Below are positions 7,654 to 15,899 of a stretch of 60,320 nucleotides of DNA, in pieces. The stretch comes from an uncultured bacterium (GTDB taxonomy: Bacteria; Krumholzibacteriota; Krumholzibacteriia; WVZY01; JAKEHA01): assembly GCA_964621155.1 (NCBI GenBank), contig CAZULB010000002.1, positions 1-60,320 of the forward strand, given 5' to 3'. The notes below the pieces were generated by a model. That model had not been told where the DNA came from, did no database searches, and was given only the letters and a program-made list of their open reading frames with translations. The position numbers and the translations under genes were made by a program. The stretch's first letter is position 1. Every line of letters starts with the position of its first letter.

Positions 7654-9798
7654 TTGAACGAAGTTCGGGATCCCCACCCGGCCTCAAAAGCGCCGAGCCC
7701 GCTGGAGCAACACAGCACCGGCCGTGCCTTGCTCATCGCAACTACTTCCTTCGCTTCTGTAATTCTCGCTGTTCATATCATCTCGTCCCTTCCCGGCTTC
7801 TCGTGGATGTGGGGCGCGCACTTCTACTCATTCTTCTCTCCGCTGTGGCTGTGCGCCGCCACGTTGCTCGTGGCAGGAGGTGTGGTGCTGGTCATGCGCC
7901 GGCCGCCGGCGCCGGTGAGCGCCCCGGTTGGCGCGCGCTCGTGGTGGATACTGCCCGTATTCGTGGTTGCAGGCGGGTTCCTCTTCTGGACATTCCGGAT
8001 CTGTCACGCCTACCTCGGCGATGGTTCTGTTCTCATCCAGGAAGTCAGCTCCTACGATCATCTGCTGCCGCGCGAACCGCTGACGAGCCTTGTGCAGCGT
8101 GGCGTGTATGCCACCGCCAGTTCGTGGTTTGCCGTGCCCGGTGCGCAGCCGGAGGCTGTGGCTCAAAATGCCATCGCGGTGGGAAGCGTTGTCGCGGGGT
8201 GCCTGTTTCTTTGCGCGGCGTGGCTGCTGGCGGGTGAGCTGTCGCGACTCATGCCCGCAGGCGACGACGATCGCGTGGAGCGCGCGCCGCTCCAGATTCT
8301 GCTGTGGTTGCTCCTCGTCACGCAGGGCTACGTCCAGCTCTTCTTCGGTTACGTCGAGAACTACTCCTACCAGGCCGCCTTCACGGTGCTGTTTCTCGCG
8401 CTGAGCCTGCGCTGTGCGCGCGGCGCGTGCGCGTTATTGTGGCCCGCGCTCGTGTTGTGCGTATGCGTCGCGCTTCACTTCTCGTCACTGCTGCTCGCAG
8501 TTCCGTTTCTGGTGCTTGTCGTAGCGCGTCTGCGCTCACGCGCTAGGCGGCAAGCGGCATTACGCGACCTGGCGATCGTCATGTGCGGCGCGGCGGTGGT
8601 GATCATGTTGGCGCTGCGGCAATACAACCCGTTTGCCACGCTGGGAAACATGTTTCACACCGCGTTTACGAGCCGGCAGGAACCCGGATACATGTTCAGC
8701 AGCGTCCACTATCGCGACTTCTTCAACGAACAGATTCTGATTGGACCACTCGGGTTGTTTCTCTTTCTCGGTGCCGCCGCGGGCGCCATCGGCGCCCGCA
8801 AGTCGCGCTCTCCGGCATCCATGTTCGCGCTTCTCGCGGGTGTGACGGTTATGGCGGCGTGCTGGATGATGGGTGACTCCAACCTCGGATATGCACGCGA
8901 CTGGGACATGCTGGCGCATACCGGCATCGTGTTCACCACCGCGGGGCTGGCCCTGCTCCTCGCCCTGCGCGTGCCACGCCCGGCGCTGACCGCAGCCCTC
9001 GGCATGGCATTGCTCGTCTCCGTCTTTCACACAGTCCCCTGGATCGCCACCAACGCGCGCGAAAGTACGAGCCTCGCGCGTCTGCAAACTTTGCCCCTCG
9101 GCCTGGGGCGGACGGAAGTCATGCTGGCGTGGTGGTACGACCGCAAAGGCGACGTGCCGGCGGAACGCGCGTGGCTGCAGCGCTCGATCATTGTCTTCAA
9201 CGGCAACGCCAGTGCGCACTACATGCTCGGCATGCTCGACATGAAGGACCGTAACTACGAGAACGCCATCCGCTCGTTCCAGCGCACGGTGGCGCTGCGC
9301 CCCGACAAAATCGAGTTCCGGGGAAATCTCGCACACGCGTACTACCTTGCCGATCGCTTCGGCGAGGCAACTCCCGATTTGCAGTTCATCGTGAGCAAAC
9401 AGCCCGAGAATGCCATGGCGCTCTTCTATCTCGGGGAAGCGCTCACGCAGGCCGGGCGATCGGACGATGCGATTCAAACCTTCTTGCGCGCGGAGCCTCT
9501 GTGCCGCGATTCGGCGGCGGCAAGGCCTCACGACAGCGCGGCCGCCGCGACCCTCGGGTGGGTCCAGTTCCGCCTCGGACAGGACGACAATTCGCTCTAC
9601 ACGCTGGAACGGGCCGCCACGCTCGTGCCGCCGGCCGCGATCGCCAACTGCTATCTGGGACACGTGCTCGAAAAAATGGGACGTGAGAGCGATGCGCGGG
9701 CACGCTTCACCGACTGCGTGGCGAGCGATGCCGAAGTCGCCGAACGTGCGCGCATCGAATCATGGCTCGCGGGCACCGGCCCTCCGCCCCGTCGCTAG
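7654..9798 (+). CDS. Polytopic membrane protein with C-terminal TPR repeats (PMT/ArnT-like glycosyltransferase-type architecture)
   Basis: There are at least 10 hydrophobic helices in the first ~480 aa, followed by TPR-like repeats (AHYMLGMLDMKDRNYENAIRSFQRTVALRPD...). The TTG start is uncertain. The antisense ORF 8560..9663 is Arg/His-rich shadow. Confidence 0.65.
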   Translation: MNEVRDPHPASKAPSPLEQHSTGRALLIATTSFASVILAVHIISSLPGFSWMWGAHFYSFFSPLWLCAATLLVAGGVVLVMRRPPAPVSAPVGARSWWILPVFVVAGGFLFWTFRICHAYLGDGSVLIQEVSSYDHLLPREPLTSLVQRGVYATASSWFAVPGAQPEAVAQNAIAVGSVVAGCLFLCAAWLLAGELSRLMPAGDDDRVERAPLQILLWLLLVTQGYVQLFFGYVENYSYQAAFTVLFLALSLRCARGACALLWPALVLCVCVALHFSSLLLAVPFLVLVVARLRSRARRQAALRDLAIVMCGAAVVIMLALRQYNPFATLGNMFHTAFTSRQEPGYMFSSVHYRDFFNEQILIGPLGLFLFLGAAAGAIGARKSRSPASMFALLAGVTVMAACWMMGDSNLGYARDWDMLAHTGIVFTTAGLALLLALRVPRPALTAALGMALLVSVFHTVPWIATNARESTSLARLQTLPLGLGRTEVMLAWWYDRKGDVPAERAWLQRSIIVFNGNASAHYMLGMLDMKDRNYENAIRSFQRTVALRPDKIEFRGNLAHAYYLADRFGEATPDLQFIVSKQPENAMALFYLGEALTQAGRSDDAIQTFLRAEPLCRDSAAARPHDSAAAATLGWVQFRLGQDDNSLYTLERAATLVPPAAIANCYLGHVLEKMGRESDARARFTDCVASDAEVAERARIESWLAGTGPPPRR

Positions 9799-9819
9799 TG
9801 ATGTTCTTACCGCACGGAC

Positions 9820-10185
9820 TCAGGCAACCAGGCGATGACCGGCCCACACAGCGCCCAGACCGATCCCATTGCTGAGCAGCACGTAACCGGCGGCGGCCAG
9901 CCAGTCGTGGGTGTGAGCGAGCGAGTAGCCTTCCAGCGCAAAGCTCGAGAACGTGGTGAAGCCGCCCAGGAATCCCACGATGACAGCAAGACGCACCGCC
10001 GGTGAAACCAGCGCCTGTTTTTCAACAGAGCCCGCCACAATTCCAATCAACAAGCCGCCGACCACGTTCACCGCGAATGTTCCCCACGGATACGTTCCGT
10101 CCGTCATGTTGAGCACCCAGCGACCGAGCGCGTACCGGCACAGTGTCCCCAGCGCACCCGCGAGTGCAATCCACATAACCGTCAT
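9820..10185 (-). CDS. crcB: Fluoride ion channel CrcB/FluC
   Basis: It has four TM segments and the motif GFLGGFTTFSSF. The ATG at 10185 is preceded by GGAGG, and a fluoride riboswitch lies immediately upstream. Confidence 0.9.
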   Translation of the reverse strand: MTVMWIALAGALGTLCRYALGRWVLNMTDGTYPWGTFAVNVVGGLLIGIVAGSVEKQALVSPAVRLAVIVGFLGGFTTFSSFALEGYSLAHTHDWLAAAGYVLLSNGIGLGAVWAGHRLVA

Positions 10186-10200
10186 TCCACGACCTCCAAC

Positions 10201-10277
10201 AAAAAACTCCTGCACGCTCTAGCGCACAGGAGTCATCAGCCGCTCGCGCGGCGGTTCAGGCGAACTCCATCGCCCTG
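10201..10277 (-). promoter_or_regulatory. Fluoride riboswitch (crcB motif) with intrinsic-terminator expression platform
   Basis: The minus strand reads GGGCGAUGGAGUUCGCCUGAACCGCCGCGCGAGCGGCUGAUGACUCCUGU, matching the GGCGAUGG.GUUC.CC...AACCGCC...GGCUGAUGA..CCU consensus. It is followed by CUCCUGUGCGCU-AG-AGCGUGCAGGAG plus UUUUUU, which overlaps the aptamer 3' strand. Confidence 0.9.
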
Positions 10278-10404
10278 TGTTCCTCATCGTTCCTCAAAAG
10301 GTAGCGTTGTTCCTTCGCGGCGGTCAACAATCTTCAAGAAAATGCATGAGGACGGCAGAAATTGCCGCTCGATGTGTTATCATTTTGTTGTCGGGGTTGT
10401 TGTG

Positions 10405-10581
10405 ATGGAAAAATACGTCGACATGCTTCTCAGTGCGCTCGCCTTCGTCGGTCGCCCGCTCATCGATGCAGCCCGTTTCCTGTTCGCCGAGCTCGGCCCC
10501 GCCGCGTGGGTCGTGTGCGCGCTCATTCCCGTGATCGCCATTCTCGGATTCTCGAGCCTCGTCAAGTCCCGCACGCGATAG
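10405..10581 (+). CDS. Possible small membrane protein (58 aa)
   Basis: The sequence MEKYVDMLLSALAFVGRPLIDAARFLFAELGPAAWVVCALIPVIAILGFSSLVKSRTR contains one clear TM helix. It has no recognised family and lies divergent from crcB. Confidence 0.3.
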   Translation: MEKYVDMLLSALAFVGRPLIDAARFLFAELGPAAWVVCALIPVIAILGFSSLVKSRTR

Positions 10582-10748
10582 ACGGGTCAAGCACCGGCTC
10601 CCTCATCTCCAGCACGACGCCTCGGGTCGCGAGGCCTTTCATGAGGTGTGTAAGTGACGCCCTTGACGCTGTAACGCGGGCCGCGGTAGTGTGGGACCGA
10701 TAGCAATCATTTCACGGCCTCATCTTCTACTTGCGGTCCCACCATCAT

Positions 10749-10779
10749 TTCGAACTGCATTGCATTGATGCACTTCGAA
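10749..10779. promoter_or_regulatory. 12-bp inverted repeat (operator candidate) upstream of lipoprotein gene
   Basis: TTCGAACTGCAT-tgcattg-ATGCACTTCGAA has 1 mismatch. It lies about 50 nt upstream of the GTG at 10829. Confidence 0.3.
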
Positions 10780-10828
10780 TCAGCCAAAGGCCGTCTAGGC
10801 TTGAGTACGAAACGTAACGAGGGGAACC

Positions 10829-12055
10829 GTGAAAACTCGCCTTCTGATTGGCCTCGCGACAATTCTCTCCCTTGGTTTCACCTGCGATCCCAAGAACGCT
10901 CGACCACCTGCAGAGTTTCCGCCGGGACAGGTCTATGCGCTAAAGCGAATGTGGCAAGGAGGTGCCACTGATGACCCGTACGGCGGTAGTGCGCCGTTCA
11001 CAGCAACCCTGTACCAGGGTATTGACACGGGCGCGCCGTCCGGATCTCATTTTTCCTGGTACATGGTCTCTACCGATGAGTGGGTATATGACTATCGCAA
11101 GCTCCCACCCGGATTGGTCTTTGGTCTCAAGCACTCCCGCGACCCCGGAACCCTGACCATCAAGGTACGCGGAGTCGATCCTGCTGATCCTGACGACACT
11201 CCGCCTGCCGGTCTACGCCGAATGCATGGTGGGGATCTCGGGCTGCCGTCCGGAAGTGGATACTACTGGTTCGAATCTACCGGCGAGAACTTTGCGGGAT
11301 GGGCTAACGAGTCCGACCGCAAGGTGTTCCTCGACGGGCTACCTCGACGTTTCGTTGTGGACTTGATGCATAGCGTAAACACGCCTGGCCACTCAGTTAC
11401 ATGGCCGGTATGGGAAAGCACAAGTGCAGCATTCAAAGACCATACGTTTTGCGCTTCGAAGGAGCTATTCAACGACCCCATGGGCGTCTGGCCTCCATTT
11501 GACCTCAAGCGACAAGAAGGCGGCGACTATGGCGCAAGCTCGGGGCAGGGATACTTCTGGTACTTGTATGAGTCAGCACCTGGCCCGGCAGTATCGAAGT
11601 GCCCGAACGGCAAGCCCGGCGATCCGTGCGATGACAAGAATCCCATGACCACCGGGGATGCAATTGGAAATGATTGCGCATGTCGCGGCAAACCTTCACC
11701 GAGCGTTGACTTGACAAAGATTGCCCCAGACGGTGGCGGCTGCCTTGTCTGGAATTGCGTACCCGGTGGGAAAAGTGGGTGCATACAGCGGTGCGAGTTA
11801 GCTGGCCTGCAAAACGCCTCGGCGTTTGCAATCCGTATCGTTCTCTGCGGAGACGCGAACGAGGCTGGCGATGCATCATGCTGCGGCAACAAGCCCTCTC
11901 TTATTCTGCCACTGGCTCCCGGCGCGACACTTTCGGCAGAAGATTACCTGGTGTGCAAGACCGGTCATGAAAGCGTGACGATTACCGTGTGCTCGGACAA
12001 CCCTGGCTCCAAGATTGTCGTGCGCGTATTCACTCAGGAGTGCAACATTCCCTGA
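10829..12055 (+). CDS. Secreted (possibly lipo-)protein of unknown function with internal duplication and Cys-rich C-terminal domain
   Basis: The GTG start follows GAGGGGAAC. The signal peptide is MKTRLLIGLATILSLGFTC. There are duplicated motifs GGDLGLPSGSGYYWFESTGENFAGW and GGDYGASSGQGYFWYLYESAPG, and at least 14 Cys in the last 150 aa. The gene is visibly more AT-rich than its neighbours. Confidence 0.7.
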   Translation: MKTRLLIGLATILSLGFTCDPKNARPPAEFPPGQVYALKRMWQGGATDDPYGGSAPFTATLYQGIDTGAPSGSHFSWYMVSTDEWVYDYRKLPPGLVFGLKHSRDPGTLTIKVRGVDPADPDDTPPAGLRRMHGGDLGLPSGSGYYWFESTGENFAGWANESDRKVFLDGLPRRFVVDLMHSVNTPGHSVTWPVWESTSAAFKDHTFCASKELFNDPMGVWPPFDLKRQEGGDYGASSGQGYFWYLYESAPGPAVSKCPNGKPGDPCDDKNPMTTGDAIGNDCACRGKPSPSVDLTKIAPDGGGCLVWNCVPGGKSGCIQRCELAGLQNASAFAIRIVLCGDANEAGDASCCGNKPSLILPLAPGATLSAEDYLVCKTGHESVTITVCSDNPGSKIVVRVFTQECNIP

Positions 12056-12096
12056 ACAACTGTGCGAGGCTTTCGAGCCTACCCCTTAAATTTCGA

Positions 12097-12122
12097 GGCC
12101 CCCGCTCTTTCGAACGGGGGCC
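12097..12122. terminator. 8-bp GC hairpin between lipoprotein gene and mini-ORF (terminator-like, either direction)
   Basis: The sequence is GGCCCCCG-ctctttcgaa-CGGGGGCC. On the minus strand it is followed by TCGAAATTT. Confidence 0.4.
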
Positions 12123-12199
12123 CCGGGATTAGCACAGGTGGCGTTGGGTTGACCCCCAAAGGGGTGACCAAGACAGAGCCACGATTGTGGAAGGTTCCC

Positions 12200-12244
12200 T
12201 TACGGGGACGCCACCTCCACCAAGCCGCAACTGTCTAGATTCAC
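12200..12244 (-). CDS. 14-codon mini-ORF (MNLDSCGLVEVASP) behind a perfect 13-nt Shine-Dalgarno
   Basis: The minus strand reads AAGGAGGTGATCC-a-GTG AAT CTA GAC AGT TGC GGC TTG GTG GAG GTG GCG TCC CCG TAA. There is a 7-nt spacer between GGAGG and the GTG. Coding status is unproven. Confidence 0.25.
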   Translation of the reverse strand: MNLDSCGLVEVASP

Positions 12245-12421
12245 TGGATCACCTCCTTCTGGGCATGCCCAATGTAATCGGCGAGACCCAACTCGCCCGG
12301 CCCCTCCGCCGCCCTAAGGCCCCGGGACCGCCGCAGCTTACGCCGCAGAGACAACGCACCAACGATAAAAAAGAGGGCTTTTTCCAGGCAAGAGGAATTT
12401 TGGGGCGAGAGGGTCCTTCTT

Positions 12422-12847
12422 TCACCAAGCGTCGAACCCGCCGGAACAGTACCAGTTGCTGGTCGAGAGTGCACGGTATGCCGCCGACTGCCAAGGATTG
12501 ACGTGCACCGCCGCATAGCTCTGCGCAGTCTTCATCAAGTGGTTCTGAACATTGTCAGCGCCCACGCTTGCGTTCAACTCACCAAGTAATGTCGAATGTT
12601 GGTGAGCTCTTCTGCACCGTGCGATGTATAGAGAGGGCTTCGCTGATGGCAATGGTCTGGTCGAGGCGGCCGAGTTGCGAAAGCACGGATCCGCATCGAG
12701 GAGCACCCTGGTGTCGGTGAGCGCCAATGAGATCGCGCGCTCAACATATCGCGCGGCGCCGGCAGGGTCGTTTTCAAAAATACAACGCGATGCCACCTTT
12801 GCCGAGCAGGCCGGTAATCTGAGATGGCCGAGCGTCTTGCCGATCAA
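12422..12847 (-). pseudogene. Decayed 5' remnant of a Ser/Thr kinase-type gene
   Basis: TTG-ATC-GGC-AAG-ACG-CTC-GGC-CAT gives LIGKTLGH. After a frameshift the text continues ITGLLGKGGIALYF, which is the kinase G-loop (compare the intact kinase MIGTTISHYRIIERLGQGGMGEVY at 49783). The remainder has no kinase motifs. Confidence 0.4.
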
Positions 12848-12999
12848 CTAGTGAGCTCCGGAGTTGGGGGCCAGACTCGGGAGCATGCTATCTCACCACC
12901 AACGCCCCCTCAACCTGACAATGAACCGACGCCGGTTGCTTCGAAGTCCCCACAATTGGTAGCATGGAGTGCCAGCCACACAACATCCCGGAGGCACCC

Positions 13000-14670
13000 A
13001 TGGTTCGCGCACTTGCTGTGGTCGTACCCCTGCTACTCCTGACCTTCTTCTCTATTTCTCACGCGGCCTGGACCGACGACGGGAACATCGTGTGTTCCGC
13101 CGCCACGCACCAGTACGGGCCTGTCGCCACTCCGGACGGCGCCGGCGGTGCGTTCATCGCGTGGACGGATCCGCGCACGGATACCGGGGACATCTACATC
13201 CAGCGCGTGAACAGCGCGGGTGTGGCGCAGTGGGCGGCCAACGGCGTCGCGGTATGTTCGGCCACGGGCGCGCAGGACTACGTCGCCCTGGTTGCGGACG
13301 GCGCTGGCGGGGTCATCGTTGCGTGGTCGGACGTTCGCGGCGCAACCTTCTACGACATCTACGCCCAGCGCCTGAACGGCGCGGGCGTGCCCCAGTGGGC
13401 GGCCAACGGCGTCGCGGTATGCGTGGCCGCACGCGGGCAGTATTACCCGAAGCTCGCCGATAACGGCGCGGGTGGCGCCATCGTCACCTGGTACGACGAC
13501 CGCGCGAGCAACGCGGACGTGTACGCCGCACGTCTCTCCGCAAGCGGGCTCACTGCGGACTCACCGAACGGGGTTGCGATCTCGACCGGCGCCACGTCGG
13601 AGACTCCGAGTTCCATCATGCCGTTCGGCGCGGGTGGCGCTCTCATCGCGTGGACGGACGCGCGCCACGGCGCGTTCGACATCTACGCGGCGCGCTTCTC
13701 GAGCGCCGGCACTCTGCTCGATGCCGCCGGTATTCCAGTCTGCCAGGCGGCCGGCGACCAGGAATACCCCGCGTGTGTGAGCGATGCCGCCGGCGGTGCC
13801 ATCATTGCCTGGTCCGACAGTCGCCTGGAAACGATCTATGCACAGCGCGTGAATGCCAGCGGCGTCATCCAGTGGGGCGTCAGTGGCCTGCCGGTGGGCG
13901 ACGGCGGCACGGGCGCGATTTTTCAGCTACCGCAGGTAGTTGCCGATGGCGCGGGTGGAGCAATCATTTCGTGGATGGATTTTGACGGCGACTACGACAT
14001 CTACGCGCAGCGCGTCAACGGCGCCGGTGCGCGGCAGTGGGTGCCGAACGATATCTATGTTTGCAACCAGGGCAGCGAGCAGCGCACACCGGTGATTGCT
14101 CCCGATGAATCCGGTGGTGCCGTGATTGCATGGCGCGACAAGCGCAACCTGTTCACAGGCTATGACGTCTTCGCGCAGCGCGTGAACGGCGCCGGAGCCG
14201 CGCAATGGACGGCCAACGGCGTCGCGGTGTGCGACGACGTATTCGATCAGGACGAACTCTCTCTTGTATCCGACGGTAGCGGCGGCGTCATCTGCGCGTG
14301 GAAGGACAAGCGTGATTTCCAGAACTACGACATCTACGCCATGCGCGTAGGCTCCTCCGGACAAACGCCCACGACGGTGCGGGAAGCCGCGGTGCCCGCT
14401 TTCGATATGAGCGCTGCCTGGCCCAATCCGTTTTCCGGGGAAACGTCGTTCGATGTGCGGAGTGACTGGCACTCCAACGTGGTTGTCAATCTGTTCGACG
14501 CCGCCGGGCGCCGCGTGCGTTCGCTTTCTATGGCGTCGCCCGCAGCATCGCGTCGCATCGTGATCGATGGCCTCGACGATCGTGGCCGCACGCTCCCCAG
14601 CGGCGTCTATTTCTGCCGCGTCGAAGTCGGGGACGCGGTTCGCAGCCAAAAACTCATTCTCGTTCGATAA
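13000..14670 (+). CDS. Secreted 8-repeat (about 53-55 aa, propeller-like) protein with T9SS-type C-terminal domain
   Basis: GGAGG is followed by the ATG at 13000, and the signal peptide is MVRALAVVVPLLLLTFFSISHA. Eight repeats have the form W..NGV.VC.......P....DG.GGAI.AW.D.R....DIYAQRVN..G..Q. The C-terminus is AWPNPFSG..LFDAAGRRV..GVYFCRV..KLILVR. Confidence 0.8.
   Translation: MVRALAVVVPLLLLTFFSISHAAWTDDGNIVCSAATHQYGPVATPDGAGGAFIAWTDPRTDTGDIYIQRVNSAGVAQWAANGVAVCSATGAQDYVALVADGAGGVIVAWSDVRGATFYDIYAQRLNGAGVPQWAANGVAVCVAARGQYYPKLADNGAGGAIVTWYDDRASNADVYAARLSASGLTADSPNGVAISTGATSETPSSIMPFGAGGALIAWTDARHGAFDIYAARFSSAGTLLDAAGIPVCQAAGDQEYPACVSDAAGGAIIAWSDSRLETIYAQRVNASGVIQWGVSGLPVGDGGTGAIFQLPQVVADGAGGAIISWMDFDGDYDIYAQRVNGAGARQWVPNDIYVCNQGSEQRTPVIAPDESGGAVIAWRDKRNLFTGYDVFAQRVNGAGAAQWTANGVAVCDDVFDQDELSLVSDGSGGVICAWKDKRDFQNYDIYAMRVGSSGQTPTTVREAAVPAFDMSAAWPNPFSGETSFDVRSDWHSNVVVNLFDAAGRRVRSLSMASPAASRRIVIDGLDDRGRTLPSGVYFCRVEVGDAVRSQKLILVR
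13072..14364 (+). repeat. Eight tandem coding repeats, period about 159-165 nt
   Basis: For example, a 29-nt identical block CAGTGGGCGGCCAACGGCGTCGCGGTATG occurs at 13228-13256 and 13393-13421, with a near copy at about 14205. Confidence 0.8.
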
Positions 14671-14707
14671 TCGTGGGGAGACACGCTCGACGTGCTATGC
14701 TCTCCCC

Positions 14708-15400
14708 ATGACCAATCCCCTCAACGCGGGCCCGCTCTCCGAAGCGGAGTTTGACCGCCTCGACGACATTCTGAGTATCAATGAAGACGGCGGGCTGACC
14801 GTCGAGAGCGTGGACGGCTTCTTTGCCGCCCTCGCCTGCTCGCCCGTGGTCACGCAACCGGGCGAATGGCTCCCCGTGGTGTGGGGCGGCGCGCCCCCGG
14901 AATGGGCGACCGCCGAAGAGGCGCAGGAGGCCATGGGGCTATTGCTGCGTCTGTGGGACCAGGTTGCCGAGGAAATCCGCAACGACGACTTTGCTCCTCT
15001 CATGACGACCGGCCTCGACGGCCTGGGCAACGAAGTCACGCTTCCGCACGCCTGGTGCATGGGCTTCATGGAAGGCATGCAGCTCCACGAGAAGTACTGG
15101 CTCGACGAGTCGAACGAAGAACTGCAGAAGCTCCTGCTTCCCATCGCGATTGTTGCCATGGACGCGGCCGTTCTGCTCGGCGTGGCTCCGGAGGGGCAGG
15201 AGCAGTTGCCGCCCGCGGAGCTCGCGCAATGTGTCGAGCTTCTGCCCGACGTCGTGCTCGAGCTTCGCCACTACTGGCTCGAGCATCCCGTCACGCAGTC
15301 GAAACCGCGCAACGGTGCTGCGAATGTCGTGGCCAGCGAGCCCTGCCCGTGCGGCAGCGGCAAGGCGTTCAAGAGCTGCCACGGCGCGACACCTCAATAA
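14708..15400 (+). CDS. UPF0149 (YgfB/YecA-like) protein with C-terminal SEC-C metal-binding motif
   Basis: The ATG at 14708 gives MTNPLNAGPLSEAEFDRLDDIL.., a UPF0149-type N-terminus. The C-terminus carries EPCPCGSGKAFKSCHG, which is a SEC-C motif. Confidence 0.75.
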   Translation: MTNPLNAGPLSEAEFDRLDDILSINEDGGLTVESVDGFFAALACSPVVTQPGEWLPVVWGGAPPEWATAEEAQEAMGLLLRLWDQVAEEIRNDDFAPLMTTGLDGLGNEVTLPHAWCMGFMEGMQLHEKYWLDESNEELQKLLLPIAIVAMDAAVLLGVAPEGQEQLPPAELAQCVELLPDVVLELRHYWLEHPVTQSKPRNGAANVVASEPCPCGSGKAFKSCHGATPQ

Positions 15401-15415
15401 TTCTGCACCGGGAGA

Positions 15416-15826
15416 ATGGGACGAGACATGGACGAGTCCACCCCGACACTCGACGAGTTTCTGGCCGCATGCGACACGGCGTTCGCTTTTCTGGTGCACG
15501 ACTACGGCTTCAAGCGCCTTGCAAGGCCGATGGAGTCGAACCGCTACAGTGTCCGCTACAGGAAAGACGAGCTGGAAGTGCACGTCTACGGAGAGAGCTA
15601 CGGCGATTCGGCGGAATGTCAACTGGTGCGCGGCGACGATCGCCTGTACCTCTCGCTGCTCCTGCCATCATCGGCGCACACGCCGCGCCCCCAGGGACAA
15701 CTCGCACAGGTGACGGCCATCGCGGCGGAACTGCGCGATCACGCCGGGGATTTTCTGAGCGGTGATGCCAAACGCTTTGATACCTGGCTCTGCGAGTGGC
15801 GAAAGCGTTTTCCCAGGCTTTCGTAG
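15416..15826 (+). CDS. Hypothetical 136-aa cytoplasmic protein (immunity-protein-like pattern)
   Basis: It has balanced composition and starts 15 nt after the SEC-C gene. The pattern FAFLVHDYGFKR...YSVRYRKDELEVHVYGE recalls small alpha/beta immunity-type proteins (memory only). Confidence 0.55.
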   Translation: MGRDMDESTPTLDEFLAACDTAFAFLVHDYGFKRLARPMESNRYSVRYRKDELEVHVYGESYGDSAECQLVRGDDRLYLSLLLPSSAHTPRPQGQLAQVTAIAAELRDHAGDFLSGDAKRFDTWLCEWRKRFPRLS

Positions 15827-15899
15827 TCGATTCACTTCGCAGCCGGTGAGTCCAACCCGTCTGCGGCGCCGTCCAAAGTCCAGACAGGGCGCAGCTTGC

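Noticed and set aside
8560-9663. 367-aa minus-strand ORF inside the membrane/TPR gene
   Set aside because: It has shadow-frame composition. The plus frame shows coherent TM helices followed by TPR repeats.
11262-11285. tRNA T-loop-like GGTTCGAATC
   Set aside because: It lies inside a coding frame (..YYWFESTG..). The flanks do not form a T-stem or an acceptor stem.
12244-12258. 15-nt identity to the 16S rRNA 3' end, considered as evidence for an rRNA gene fragment
   Set aside because: The preceding 40-60 nt bear no resemblance to 16S helices 44/45, and no 23S, 5S or tRNA spacer genes follow. It is interpreted instead as a perfect SD on the opposite strand.
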